IMG/VR virus record: IMGVR_UViG_3300025266_000001 | Location: 1 to 63,128 of that record | Length of the DNA: 63,128 nucleotides | Source: a virus | Taxonomy: Duplodnaviria; Caudoviricetes | Direction: 5' to 3' (one strand) | In this document: piece by piece, positions 1-10,682 of the stretch | Position numbering within the stretch: position 1 is the first letter of the stretch | Layout of the letters: each line of letters begins with the position of its first letter | The notes under the pieces: model-generated | Seen by the model: only the letters and a program-made list of their open reading frames with translations | What the model was told of the DNA's origin: nothing | The model's database searches: none | Made by a program: the position numbers and the translations under genes

Positions 1-127
1 CTGCAGAAGTAGGTTCTGGTGCAATCTCGGCAGGTGGTGATGTAGGAAATAAAGGATCTGAAGGTGTATTCTACACAGTAAACCAACGTGGAAACGTTTG
101 GGGTGGTGGATTTCCAACGACTCTTCC
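1..127. repeat. 127-nt terminal overlap, identical to 63002-63128 (circular assembly)
   Basis: Exact sequence identity; the capsid ORF reads in frame across the join. 127 is a common assembler k-mer size. Confidence 0.97.
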
Positions 128-680
128 TGAATGGGATACTATCGTTGGTCGTTTAGACAAGCAAGGATCTATTGAAGAAAATGTAATCTTCGTTGATAGA
201 GACTTCGGTTTTGCTGTTGATGATATGTTAGCTACAATTAATGGTTATGCAGGTGCAGCTTCTGCAAATGCAGCGTCGTTTGGTTTATTTGAAAACGACC
301 GTGATATGGCTCTAAACCTTGGTTTCTCAGGATTCCGTAGAGGTTATGATTTCTATAAATCAGATTGGAAATATTTGAATGATCCTACTATGAGAGGTGG
401 TTTACCAACTGCAGCAGGTTCAGGAAAAGTAAACGGACTATTAGTTCCAGCAGGATCTACTACTGTTTACGATCAGATTTTAGGGAAGAACGCTAAGCGT
501 CCATTCTTGCACGTACGTTACCGTGCTTCAGAAACTGAAGACAGACGTTACAAAACTTGGATTACAGGTTCTGCTGGTGGTGCTGACAACTCTGATCTTG
601 ATGCAATGGAGGTTAACTTCCTTTCTGAAAGAGCAGTGTGTACTTTAGGTGCTAACAACTTCTTCTTGTTTCAAAACTAG
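1..680 (+). CDS. Major capsid protein, 3' part
   Basis: In-frame continuation of the 62242 ORF; ends ...VNFLSERAVCTLGANNFFLFQN; followed by a hairpin. Confidence 0.88.
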   Translation, partial: AEVGSGAISAGGDVGNKGSEGVFYTVNQRGNVWGGGFPTTLPEWDTIVGRLDKQGSIEENVIFVDRDFGFAVDDMLATINGYAGAASANAASFGLFENDRDMALNLGFSGFRRGYDFYKSDWKYLNDPTMRGGLPTAAGSGKVNGLLVPAGSTTVYDQILGKNAKRPFLHVRYRASETEDRRYKTWITGSAGGADNSDLDAMEVNFLSERAVCTLGANNFFLFQN

Positions 681-690
681 GGAGTAATAT

Positions 691-730
691 TTAATAAGGG
701 TGGTCGCAATTTGCGACCGCCCATTATTAA
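691..730 (+). terminator. Stem-loop after capsid gene
   Basis: TTAATAAGGGTGGTCGCAA-T-TTGCGACCGCCCATTATTAA inverted repeat. Confidence 0.7.
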
Positions 731-761
731 TGAATTTTAATTTTAATTTTAATTATATTTA

Positions 762-1505
762 ATGAAAACAAAGATTGCACAGACTAACAAGGTCTATAAA
801 CTGACTCGTGATGAAGCTCCTTTATCTTATATGATACCTACAAGGCACACATCACAATTTCCATTACTATGGTTTGATGAAGAGAACAACGTTAATAAAA
901 CGCTTCGTTATTCCCGTAATCAAAAATCTGTATTTGAGGATGAACAAGATGGAAATATAATAGTAGAACCAATTATTTTTGAAGATGGTTTTCTTCACGT
1001 ACCAAAGGATAATCCGATGTTACAACAGTTTCTTTATTATCATCCATTAAACGGTAAGCGTTTTATAGAGGTAAACAAAGAAGTAGATGCGCAGGTGGAA
1101 GTTGAAAGACTTACAACAGAAGTAGATGCTCTTATTGAGGCGCGCAATCTGTCTATAGATCAAATTGAATCCATTGGTAGAGTGTTGTTTAATAAAGACA
1201 CATCTAAGGTTACAACCTCAGAACTAAAGAGAGATATCTTAGTATATGCTAAGAACGATCCTCACACGTTTTTAGAGGTTATTAGCGACCCTACTTTAAA
1301 ATTGCAAGCCAATGTGTCACAATTTTTTGATAAAGGCTTACTGACCTTTAGAAAGAGTAATAAAGAAGTGTGGTATAATACCGCTTCTAATAAAACAAAA
1401 ATGCTAAACGTACCGTTTGGAGAAGAGCCAATGTTTATTGTTTCAACCTTCTTACAATCAGATGATGGTATCGAGGTGTTGAAGATTCTAGAAAAACTAC
1501 TCTAG
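762..1505 (+). CDS. Hypothetical protein downstream of capsid
   Basis: 247-aa ORF with A/T-rich start context; no recognised motif. Confidence 0.8.
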   Translation: MKTKIAQTNKVYKLTRDEAPLSYMIPTRHTSQFPLLWFDEENNVNKTLRYSRNQKSVFEDEQDGNIIVEPIIFEDGFLHVPKDNPMLQQFLYYHPLNGKRFIEVNKEVDAQVEVERLTTEVDALIEARNLSIDQIESIGRVLFNKDTSKVTTSELKRDILVYAKNDPHTFLEVISDPTLKLQANVSQFFDKGLLTFRKSNKEVWYNTASNKTKMLNVPFGEEPMFIVSTFLQSDDGIEVLKILEKLL

Positions 1506-1527
1506 ATTAAAAATAAAGTGTTATATT

Positions 1528-1564
1528 AGAACCTCTTCCCAAAAAGAAGAGGTTCTTTTTTTTT
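1528..1564 (+). terminator. Intrinsic terminator
   Basis: AGAACCTCTTC...GAAGAGGTTCT followed by a T-run. Confidence 0.85.
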
Positions 1565-1566
1565 GT

Positions 1567-1574
1567 TATCTTTG
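1567..1574 (+). promoter_or_regulatory. Bacteroidota -7 promoter element TAnnTTTG
   Basis: TATCTTTG 15 nt before ATG 1590. Same motif intergenic at 10143, 44630, 45308, 47704, 49566, 53622 and 61091. Confidence 0.75.
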
Positions 1575-1589
1575 TAAAAATGTTTACAG

Positions 1590-2594
1590 ATGATTAACTC
1601 AGTTAGAAATACAGTATTGTCTGTGCTTAATAAAAATAATTACGGATATATTTCTCCGTCAGATTTCAACTTGTTTGCGCAGCAGGCGCAGTTGGATATC
1701 TTTGAAAATTATTTCTACGAGTACAACAATCAAATAAATAAAGAAAACTCACGTTTGTCTGGTACAGGATATGCGGATGTTACAAAGGGAATAGAGGAGG
1801 TTATTGATATGTTTTCAGTATCAAACCCATTAACTTTACGTCTATATTCTACCTTAACCCCCTTGCTTCCGGCAACATCTAACACTTATTATTTGCCATC
1901 TCAGACAACCACAGGGGATGACTACTACTTGATAAATAAAGTTTTAATCTATACCTCTCTATTATCTAGTGGTCTTACCGATCAAATTGTGGGTGGATCT
2001 AATACGTGCATAGACACCACGGCAACATTCATTTCTGACGGAGTAAAGGTTGGAGATACTATAGCTCTAATAAGATCTGGAATAACACAATATGTTGTGG
2101 TTGAAGTTGTTACCTCTGAAACGGAATTAGTAACTACAAATAGTATTTACAGCAGTCAGGTTTGGAACGCTATCAATATTCAATATGCCATATACAATAA
2201 TGATTTACAAGAGGCGGAAAAGGTTACGCATAGTAAAATTACTATGCTAAACAACTCTCTTCTTACGGCACCATCATTGACGTATCCAGCCTATACCGGA
2301 GAGTCTTTGGTAATAAACGCATTTCCTAGCACAATAAACAATATAGGTAGGGTTTTATCTCAATACATAAGATACCCAAAAAATCCTAAGTGGACATACC
2401 AGTCGTTGGGGACGAGTGGGGAGCCTTCTTTTGATCAATCACAACCAGACTATCAAGATTTTGAATTACCTTTAGATGACGAAGGCGACTTAGTAAAAAA
2501 GATCTTACAATACGCAGGGGTGTCAATACGAGAGGTATCTGTAGTACAGTTTGCAGGGGGTCTTGAGAATTTAGAAAATCAGCAACAGCAATAA
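1590..2594 (+). CDS. Putative tail ring / head-tail adaptor protein
   Basis: N-term VLSVLNKNNYGYISPSDFNLFAQQAQ and C-term QDFELP...KILQYAGVSIRE resemble ring proteins of Bacteroidota podoviruses; synteny. Confidence 0.6.
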   Translation: MINSVRNTVLSVLNKNNYGYISPSDFNLFAQQAQLDIFENYFYEYNNQINKENSRLSGTGYADVTKGIEEVIDMFSVSNPLTLRLYSTLTPLLPATSNTYYLPSQTTTGDDYYLINKVLIYTSLLSSGLTDQIVGGSNTCIDTTATFISDGVKVGDTIALIRSGITQYVVVEVVTSETELVTTNSIYSSQVWNAINIQYAIYNNDLQEAEKVTHSKITMLNNSLLTAPSLTYPAYTGESLVINAFPSTINNIGRVLSQYIRYPKNPKWTYQSLGTSGEPSFDQSQPDYQDFELPLDDEGDLVKKILQYAGVSIREVSVVQFAGGLENLENQQQQ

Positions 2595-2596
2595 TT

Positions 2597-3520
2597 ATGG
2601 CATATATATCACAGTATCAGTATTATGAAAACGGCGGCGCAGACCCTATAGACGAAAATTGGGGATCATATCAATATGTTTCTTTGTTTGAAATAGTCAA
2701 TAATTTTATGTTGATGTATCAGGGAAACCATAGTCTTGTGAATAACGAAGAGAGATTTAAGGTATTGTTTCACGCAAAACGAGCAATACAAGAATTAAAC
2801 TATGACGCTTTTAAAGAGATTAAAGTTTTAGAACTAAGTGTGGATGACCAGCTTAGGTATATATTACCTTCAGACTATGTGAATTGGGTTAGAATTTCAC
2901 AAGAGGTAAACGGTATTCTGTACCCTCTTAGCGAGAACATCCAAACAAATTGGTCGGCAGCATATCTTCAAGATAACACAGGAAAGATATTATTTGATAT
3001 TGACGGAAACGCATTGTCTCCGCAATTTTCAGAGTTAGATTATGCTAGGATATTTACTATACAGCCAACAATATACCTAAACCAAGGATCTTCATATAAT
3101 GGTCAGATGGGCTATAACGATGGAGGGGATTGGTACTTTGAAAGACAGATTGGGAGTCGGTTTGGACTAAACACTGAGACAGCAAACTCTAATCCTACTT
3201 TTAAAATAAACAGCAAAACGGGTGTAATTAATTTTAGTTCAGGTATGGCTTATAAGCTAATTGTTCTTGAGTACATATCAGATGGTATGGAGAATGGCAA
3301 CGACAGCAAGATTACCGTTAACAAAATGTTTGAAGATTTCTTGTATGCATATATTGAGTATGCAATTTTAAGCTCAAAGCTTGGTGTTCAGGAATATGTA
3401 ATTGCAAGAGCGCGAAAAAGAAAACGTTCTCTATTAGCAAATGCAAAGATAAGAATTAGTAACATACATCCGGGCAGATTATTAATGAATATGCGAGGAA
3501 AAGATAAGTGGTTAAAGTAA
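2597..3520 (+). CDS. Putative tail tubular/ring structural protein
   Basis: LPSDYVNWVRIS and LEYISDG motifs; lies between adaptor and stabilization genes. Confidence 0.55.
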   Translation: MAYISQYQYYENGGADPIDENWGSYQYVSLFEIVNNFMLMYQGNHSLVNNEERFKVLFHAKRAIQELNYDAFKEIKVLELSVDDQLRYILPSDYVNWVRISQEVNGILYPLSENIQTNWSAAYLQDNTGKILFDIDGNALSPQFSELDYARIFTIQPTIYLNQGSSYNGQMGYNDGGDWYFERQIGSRFGLNTETANSNPTFKINSKTGVINFSSGMAYKLIVLEYISDGMENGNDSKITVNKMFEDFLYAYIEYAILSSKLGVQEYVIARARKRKRSLLANAKIRISNIHPGRLLMNMRGKDKWLK

Positions 3521-3521
3521 T

Positions 3522-6500
3522 ATGGCAAATATAACAAGAAGTTTTAGTTCGGGTGTGATGAACAAAATGGTCGATGATCGTCTTATTCCTAACGGTCAAT
3601 ATGTCGATGCACTAAATGTTCGTATGGGATCTACCGAAACCTCTGAGGTTGGTGTTGTAGAAAATTCTAAAGGGAACTCCATACTAACTGGGCTATCATT
3701 TGAAGGAACTCCTCTAAGCGATTTGGCACGATGTATTGGAGCTTATGCGGATGGCTCTAACGAGACGTTATATTGGTTTGTACACGACTCTAATTTCACA
3801 CCATCAAGTACGGGGAAGATTGATATGGTGGTGTCGTATGACACTAAATCCGATAGCACGGTGTACCATATTATTTCTGTAGATGATGGGGATGGTATAA
3901 ATACAACTTTAAACTTTGATCCAAGATACCTAGTAACGGGTGTAGATAAGATAGAGGATTTATTGTTTTTCACAGACAACCATACTGACCCAAAAAAAAT
4001 AAATGTAACAAGAAACTATGCCAATCCTATATTAGGAGTGGATGGATTTTCTCTAGAGTCAGTACTTGTTATAAAAAAACCACCCACAACTGCACCAACT
4101 ATTGTTTCGGTTTCAACTCCGAGTCAAGATAATTTTCTAGAGGATAGGTTTGTTTGTTTTGCATATAGATACAGATATGAGGATGGGGAATATTCTGCAA
4201 CATCTCAATTTAGTAACCCTTCTTTTATACCAAAAACATTTGATTATAGTGTTGCAACCGCATTAAACGAGGGAATGTTAAATTCCACCAATATGTGCAA
4301 TATCACATATAACTCAGGAGGACCCCTTGTAAAGTCTGTCGATCTTTTATTTAAGGATATGAACAGTTCTGTAATTAAGATTATAGAGAAGATAAACAAA
4401 GAAGATTCAGGTATAGCAAATGATCAAGAGTATACTTTTTCTTTTCAAAACAGTAAAATATTCACAATACTTCCATCATCAGAGATTCTTAGGTTGTATG
4501 ATAATGTTCCGTTACTATCTGAGTCTCAGACACTTATGGGTAACAGGCTTATGTATGGCAACTATCTTGAGGGTTATGATTTAAAAGATAGATTTGACAA
4601 TCCTACACAATTTAATTATACCGTTAATTTTGAGAGTGAACTAGTTGGATACAAGGAGCTTGGATATACCACACCTCAAGGCGTTTATACCTTAGATGTT
4701 CCAACTACAGTTTCTGGTTCAACCCTAGAGTTTGATCTTACAGATCAGGTTTTAGCAGCAGGAGCTGTTCTTAGTTTTATTGTTAGGTATTCACACCAAG
4801 AGTGGTCGGGATCTGATATTCCTTATCCTTCAGAAGACACAGAGGACATAACGATTAACTTTATATATACATTGACACAAAGTTTTGGATCAGCTCTTGA
4901 GCTTTCTCAATCACCTGATTTTCAATTTCAGGTAGGTGTTGCCAATACAGATATAGTTGCCGATTCTTGTTCAGGGGGGAGCTTTACAGATATATTTAAT
5001 TGTTCAATTCCTAACGAACTTGCAAATGGAATGTCTTCTGTTTTTAAGTATGCGAGTGGTGTCACAGGAATTCTTGGCTCTATCGCTATAACCTCTCCGT
5101 CTGCCAATGTGATAAATCTTCAACTCCCTGCTATGCAATTTGTTGATGATCCAACAGGTGTTGCTATAACATATACAGCCTATGAGTATTACAAAATAAC
5201 CCTTGCCGATATTAGCTTTCAAACAATTGGTGACCCTAAAAGTTTACACAGTAACAGAGGATATGAGATTGGTATAGTCTATATGGATGAGTATAATCGT
5301 ATGTCAACAGCATTGGTTAGTCCTGAAAATAATATACACATACCTTGTGAAAACTCCGATACCGCCAATAGAATAATGGTAAACATACCAACAATACAGG
5401 TGGCTCCTTATTGGGCAAAACGATATAAGTTTGTAATAAAACCAGATAAGAAGGACTATAATATTATCTATACCAACTTCTTTTTTAGAGACCCCACCAC
5501 GGGATCCGACTTCTTTTTACTTGATGGACAAAACTCAACTAAGATAGAAGAGGGTGATCAGCTTATTATCAAAACAGATACTCAAGGACCGTTAAGAACC
5601 TGTGCTAACACTACTGTATTAGAGAAAAAAGCACAGTTAGAAAACTTCCTTACGCCACCCCCTGCAGACTCAGAAGGTGTAGAGATTCCCGTTCCTGCCG
5701 GAACGTATATGAAGCTAAACGCTAATAACTTCTCTACAGAAACAGGAGATCTTCCCGTTATTGCATATGGAATGAAGACTAAGATATCAAACGCTTTTGA
5801 TGGTCCTTGTCCAGAAATAAAATACCCGGTAGACACCCCTAACCCTTCATACGATCCGGCTGGACCGGCAGACAGCACCAATCCTAAAAGAATACCGTAT
5901 CCTATTACGCCCGGAACACATATAACTATATTTCTAAGTAGTGACAGGAGAGGGAAGGCAGGGGTCGAAGAAAAGCATTGGGAGGTAACGGCAGATTTTG
6001 TGTCTCCTGTTGAATACCCTAGCTTTAGAGAATGGTTTGACGGTGAAAATATTGCGAATACATTAGATGCTCAGTCACAAGAGGTTGGTGGAGTTTCGGG
6101 TCCTAACTACGACCCGGCATATCCAGCGCCACCTGCGCCGTGTGTTTCTACCAAGGTTACTTCTAGATTTTTAGCTGAGGGGCTTATAGTCAATGGTGAT
6201 GAAAAATTGTTTTTCGTGTTCAAAGGATCTAAGGGATATACAAATAGATATAAAAGTGTAAAGGCAAAAATGAAGATTACGGTAGTTCGATCATTTGGAA
6301 CGATTGCTTTTGAATCAATACCTTTAGATGCGGAGCCAGATTTATGGTACGAGTCTGACGAGTCTTTTCCTATTGACGAATTAGGGCAGCACTCAGGTAA
6401 TTTTCAAGATCAAAACCTTAGCTCAAATCTGCCTGCAATAATCAACACATCTTTCTTTAATTGCTATTCATTTGGTAATGGCGTTGAGAGCTATAAGATT

Positions 6501-8384
6501 CAAGATTCTATTATAGGAAAGGAGTTGGTCCTTGGAAATCGAGCAACAACAACAAACTCTAAGTTATATGGTGCCGAACAAAGATTTAGTGATATAACGT
6601 ATAGCGGTGTGTATAACACAGAATCAAACATAAATAAACTTAATGAGTTTAATGTTGGATTGTTAAACTTTAAATTATTAGAATCATCGTTTGGTCCTAT
6701 CAATAAGTTGTTTGCAAGAGAGACAGATATTCTAACCCTACAGGAAGATAAGATATCCTATGTATTGGGAGGTAAAAACTTATTGTCTGATGCAGGCGGA
6801 GGCAGTGCTTTATTATCAGTGCCTGAAGTGTTAGGTATTCAAATTGCAAGGGTAGAAGACTACGGCATCTCTCACAACCCAGAAAGCTTTGTTGAATGGG
6901 GATCTGACAAGTTCTTTACCGATGCCAAGAGAGGAGCGGTTTTAAACTTAAAAGGACAAGGAAACAGTGAGCAGTTGGCGGTAATTTCTCAGGCAGGTAT
7001 GAGACCTTGGTTTAGAGACTTATTTAATAGCTCTTTTCAAACACAAAAATTAGGTGGGTTTGATCCATATATGAATGAGTATGTATTGGCATCTAATGCT
7101 ATATTAACGCCGGTACCCGAATCATTTAAAAATTGCGGATTTACAGAAACAATAATAGTTACTGATCAAAACCCCTACACATATACTTATGATTTAGGGA
7201 ATTTAGTTGGTACAGTTGATGTTGATTATTCTGTTCTACAGCCCTTGTCGGGAACGTTTACTGTAACAGCAGTATACAACGGAGTTACAACCACTACAGG
7301 ACCTGTAACGGCAAATGGAACCCTATCTTTTGATAAGGATGATATACTAGCTGATACGGTACAGATTTCCATAACAGCAACTGACACTGCCAATATAACT
7401 CTTAACGTAAAGTGTCCTTTAGGAGATACTGTTACTGTGGTTTTAGTGAGCATATCATCTCCGGTCGATATAGATAAGCAGATACACAACCAATATAGAT
7501 GGACCGATAACACATTTCAGTCTCCAATACATTCGGATCAAGTAACCTTTTTAGGTGGGTCTTCTCCTGTAGTTTCTTTATACCAAACCATTACGGGACC
7601 ACAGGGTGGAGGTGTTATTCCTTCAAACAATGCGGATGTAATAATTATGTCAAATAAGGTTGGATCTGATACGTATGATTTTAATATGTATTCAGACAGT
7701 TTTAAATATCTAAGATCCAATACTTTATATAATAATACAACATCAGAGATAAACGCTCTGATACTTGCAAGCGCAGCATCGACCCCTATAAACCCACCGG
7801 CTAATGGAAATACTGATTATAACTCAACATTTACAATGCCAACGGTTGGGGATTATTTATATTTAGTTTGGGATTATAGAAACAGTACTCCAATAGATTT
7901 ATGTTTCGCCGTCTTGTCAACAGATGCTTGTTGTGACTGCGCGCCAGCATCGGCAATTTATCAGGTAAGAGATTGTGAAACAGCTACTATATATACCGTA
8001 GAAGACACGTACTTAAACGGATTAGGCATTAACTCGACAGTTCAGTTTGTTTTAGGAATTGGAGTAGGGGCAGGAACGTTTGTACATTGCGGTGAGATAA
8101 TAGGCTTTGGAACGGTGCCTGACGCAACACTGTTTTCTAATGAAACTCAGACTTGTGGAGACACTATAAACTGTAATTTTGAATCGTCTCAAGGTTGTAC
8201 TACATATTCAGTATCTTCCTTTGGAAACTTCCCAGAGCAATTTTGTTACACCCCCTGCGATGGTAGTGGGTACACTTGCATTATGCTAGACCCTTCTGGT
8301 GGCGGAGACAGCGAAACAGTTTGCGCAGTAACAGGATCAGCAACATACTCCGGACCAATTGGATCAGGAGGATCTTGTCCTTAA
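3522..8384 (+). CDS. Tail stabilization/nozzle protein (P22 gp10 / crAss muzzle-like) with Cys-rich C-terminal extension
   Basis: MNKMVDDRLIPNGQYVDALNVR start; LLFFTDN..PKKINV; FAYRYRYEDGEYS; YGISHNPESF; FFTDAKRGAVL. Confidence 0.7.
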   Translation: MANITRSFSSGVMNKMVDDRLIPNGQYVDALNVRMGSTETSEVGVVENSKGNSILTGLSFEGTPLSDLARCIGAYADGSNETLYWFVHDSNFTPSSTGKIDMVVSYDTKSDSTVYHIISVDDGDGINTTLNFDPRYLVTGVDKIEDLLFFTDNHTDPKKINVTRNYANPILGVDGFSLESVLVIKKPPTTAPTIVSVSTPSQDNFLEDRFVCFAYRYRYEDGEYSATSQFSNPSFIPKTFDYSVATALNEGMLNSTNMCNITYNSGGPLVKSVDLLFKDMNSSVIKIIEKINKEDSGIANDQEYTFSFQNSKIFTILPSSEILRLYDNVPLLSESQTLMGNRLMYGNYLEGYDLKDRFDNPTQFNYTVNFESELVGYKELGYTTPQGVYTLDVPTTVSGSTLEFDLTDQVLAAGAVLSFIVRYSHQEWSGSDIPYPSEDTEDITINFIYTLTQSFGSALELSQSPDFQFQVGVANTDIVADSCSGGSFTDIFNCSIPNELANGMSSVFKYASGVTGILGSIAITSPSANVINLQLPAMQFVDDPTGVAITYTAYEYYKITLADISFQTIGDPKSLHSNRGYEIGIVYMDEYNRMSTALVSPENNIHIPCENSDTANRIMVNIPTIQVAPYWAKRYKFVIKPDKKDYNIIYTNFFFRDPTTGSDFFLLDGQNSTKIEEGDQLIIKTDTQGPLRTCANTTVLEKKAQLENFLTPPPADSEGVEIPVPAGTYMKLNANNFSTETGDLPVIAYGMKTKISNAFDGPCPEIKYPVDTPNPSYDPAGPADSTNPKRIPYPITPGTHITIFLSSDRRGKAGVEEKHWEVTADFVSPVEYPSFREWFDGENIANTLDAQSQEVGGVSGPNYDPAYPAPPAPCVSTKVTSRFLAEGLIVNGDEKLFFVFKGSKGYTNRYKSVKAKMKITVVRSFGTIAFESIPLDAEPDLWYESDESFPIDELGQHSGNFQDQNLSSNLPAIINTSFFNCYSFGNGVESYKIQDSIIGKELVLGNRATTTNSKLYGAEQRFSDITYSGVYNTESNINKLNEFNVGLLNFKLLESSFGPINKLFARETDILTLQEDKISYVLGGKNLLSDAGGGSALLSVPEVLGIQIARVEDYGISHNPESFVEWGSDKFFTDAKRGAVLNLKGQGNSEQLAVISQAGMRPWFRDLFNSSFQTQKLGGFDPYMNEYVLASNAILTPVPESFKNCGFTETIIVTDQNPYTYTYDLGNLVGTVDVDYSVLQPLSGTFTVTAVYNGVTTTTGPVTANGTLSFDKDDILADTVQISITATDTANITLNVKCPLGDTVTVVLVSISSPVDIDKQIHNQYRWTDNTFQSPIHSDQVTFLGGSSPVVSLYQTITGPQGGGVIPSNNADVIIMSNKVGSDTYDFNMYSDSFKYLRSNTLYNNTTSEINALILASAASTPINPPANGNTDYNSTFTMPTVGDYLYLVWDYRNSTPIDLCFAVLSTDACCDCAPASAIYQVRDCETATIYTVEDTYLNGLGINSTVQFVLGIGVGAGTFVHCGEIIGFGTVPDATLFSNETQTCGDTINCNFESSQGCTTYSVSSFGNFPEQFCYTPCDGSGYTCIMLDPSGGGDSETVCAVTGSATYSGPIGSGGSCP

Positions 8385-8399
8385 TAAAAAAATAAAATT

Positions 8400-9305
8400 A
8401 TGGCAGTATATTACTTAGACGGAACAACCCTATCAAACTCAACGGCAGTATATGACGATGAGGCATTAACGATATGTGCAACAGATGGATTTTATTCAAA
8501 TGGATCTGTTGTTAGGGAATTATTAAATTGCAGCCTTCAGCCTCAGCAGGATTGTGCTGAATGCGTATTGCCTTGTGGCGAAAATATTGTGCCACCCGCA
8601 GGTGGAGAAGGACTTTACAACCTAACATTTTCAGCCGGGGCTAATTTAGGGGCGATTGTGGTTTACTTTAACCCAGACACAATACCTGATGGTATTAGAG
8701 TATTATATGATGGGACTTATCAGAATGCAGTGTCATCTCCTACCACCGGAAGAATACAAACAACAAGTGGCGTTGCAGATGCTTTTACGATATTAGGAGA
8801 TCCTACGTATGTCTGTACTCCAGCAACGGGAATATATGATTATTTTGATGGTTTTGCAGGAGGAGTTTGGGTTCCCGGAAATCCGACCACACAATCTGTA
8901 ACAATTAATGGTGGCGATGATCAGCGTGGAGGTGAAAATGAATATAGCACTATGGTTATACCAAAAACAAACATTCTACCTAGCAATGTAGATGTTCAGG
9001 TTATAGGACCCTGCGCAAGCACCGGGTGGTCTATAGATGTTGGTTGCCCAATAACGCTACCAAGCTTTGCTTCATCTGTAATGACAGGGTCAACCGCCTG
9101 TTCTGCAGCTACCGAAACCTATTACTTTGCTAAACGATATGTAGATAAAGATGATTCGTTGGTAGTTTTTCCCATTCTGCATAATTGGGTGTTCTCTGAT
9201 TCCACCGGGGCAACCGTATTGATAGATGGAAATTATGTTATGTCCAACAGTAATATCATAACGGTGGTTAGTGGGGTTGTTACAGCCGTAAACGCTTGTT
9301 CTTAA
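8400..9305 (+). CDS. Cys/Gly/Thr-rich virion-associated protein
   Basis: 301 aa, composition like the C-terminus of the upstream gene; A(T)DGFYS and DGNY motifs. Confidence 0.5.
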   Translation: MAVYYLDGTTLSNSTAVYDDEALTICATDGFYSNGSVVRELLNCSLQPQQDCAECVLPCGENIVPPAGGEGLYNLTFSAGANLGAIVVYFNPDTIPDGIRVLYDGTYQNAVSSPTTGRIQTTSGVADAFTILGDPTYVCTPATGIYDYFDGFAGGVWVPGNPTTQSVTINGGDDQRGGENEYSTMVIPKTNILPSNVDVQVIGPCASTGWSIDVGCPITLPSFASSVMTGSTACSAATETYYFAKRYVDKDDSLVVFPILHNWVFSDSTGATVLIDGNYVMSNSNIITVVSGVVTAVNACS

Positions 9306-9325
9306 CTAATAAAAAAAAATAAACA

Positions 9326-10135
9326 ATGTCAGCAGTACCAAATATAAATAATACACTAACATATAGCGAGTCTGTATCTGGGTGGACATCTTTTTATTCC
9401 TACGATCCGGACTGGATGGTAGGTATGAACAACTATTTTTATACGTTTAATAAAGGTAATCTTTACCGGCATAATGTAAATGAGGTCCGAAACAATTTTT
9501 ACGGCGCACAGTTTACAACCACATTGCAATCAGTGTTTAATGATATACCACTTGAAAACAAGCTGTTTAAAACTATAAATTTAGAGGGGGACAGTGCTTG
9601 GAGCGCAACAATAGCCACCGACATTCAAGACTCAGGATATATTGAGAAGGATTGGTTTGTTAAAAAGGAGGGGGCTTGGTATTCGTTTATAAGAAACTCA
9701 GGGTCTACTCCGGCAGGGGCGGATGAGTACCCACTTCGATCTTTAAATGGTATTGGGAACAGCTTAGTGGTAAGCGCACCTATAGCTGGGATTATAACTA
9801 TTGACTTTTCTTTAACTATTAACATTGGCAATATTGTGAGTGTTGGAGATTTAATTTATTTTACATCTGCAAATGTTCCTCAGTTAGCGGGTAAGATTAC
9901 AGAGATTAATGTAAACCTACAAGGAGGCATCAACCAGCTTGTAATTGATAACTCAGCACTGGTTGGAGTGGTGCCAATTCCATCTTCAATAGAGTATTTT
10001 TTATATATTAAAAATTCGGTTGCTGAGTCTCACGGAGTCCTAGGTCATTATGCGGTTGTCAACCTAATAAATGACAGCACAGAAAAAATAGAGTTGTTTG
10101 TAATTGAGTCAGAGGTTATGAAATCATTTCCTTAA
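9326..10135 (+). CDS. Tail stabilization protein C-terminal module, encoded separately
   Basis: TLTYSESVSGWTSFYSY.P, RNNFYG, KLFKTINLEG, FVKKEG.W motifs. Confidence 0.55.
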   Translation: MSAVPNINNTLTYSESVSGWTSFYSYDPDWMVGMNNYFYTFNKGNLYRHNVNEVRNNFYGAQFTTTLQSVFNDIPLENKLFKTINLEGDSAWSATIATDIQDSGYIEKDWFVKKEGAWYSFIRNSGSTPAGADEYPLRSLNGIGNSLVVSAPIAGIITIDFSLTINIGNIVSVGDLIYFTSANVPQLAGKITEINVNLQGGINQLVIDNSALVGVVPIPSSIEYFLYIKNSVAESHGVLGHYAVVNLINDSTEKIELFVIESEVMKSFP

Positions 10136-10154
10136 AATTCTTTATCTTTGCATT

Positions 10155-10682
10155 ATGGAAGATATGGTTTTAGTTAAATCCCCAATAGACATAGTACAAG
10201 ACATTAGCCTAAACAGGGGAATGATGTGGGAAAAAATATCCGTATTTTTAGATCAGTTAAAGACAATTGATAGTGCACTAACACATAAGGCTGGAACGCC
10301 TCAGTCAAAAGAAATGATCGAGGTATTTCCTTTAAAACAAACAATAGAGGGTGGCTTATATACAAGAGAGATCTTTATGCCAGAAGGGTCTTTAGTTGTT
10401 AGTATGATTCATAAGCAACAACATCCTTCTTTTTTATTAAAAGGGAAGGTATCTTATCTGACAGATGCAGGTGAGGTAAAAACAATTATAGGACCTACAA
10501 CTATATTTACTCAAATAGGAACTCAAAGAGTTTTATATATGCACGAAGATACAGAGTGGGTTTGCGTGTATAAGACAGAGGCAAAAACATTTGAAGAGGC
10601 GGAGGCAGATGTATATACGGATAACTACAAAGATTTGCCACTAGAATTAATAGAAAAAAATAAAGTATTATGGCAGGATTAA
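10155..10682 (+). CDS. Cupin-fold protein
   Basis: GLYTREIFMPEGSLVVSMIHKQQHPSFLLKG; own TAnnTTTG promoter at 10143. Confidence 0.55.
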   Translation: MEDMVLVKSPIDIVQDISLNRGMMWEKISVFLDQLKTIDSALTHKAGTPQSKEMIEVFPLKQTIEGGLYTREIFMPEGSLVVSMIHKQQHPSFLLKGKVSYLTDAGEVKTIIGPTTIFTQIGTQRVLYMHEDTEWVCVYKTEAKTFEEAEADVYTDNYKDLPLELIEKNKVLWQD

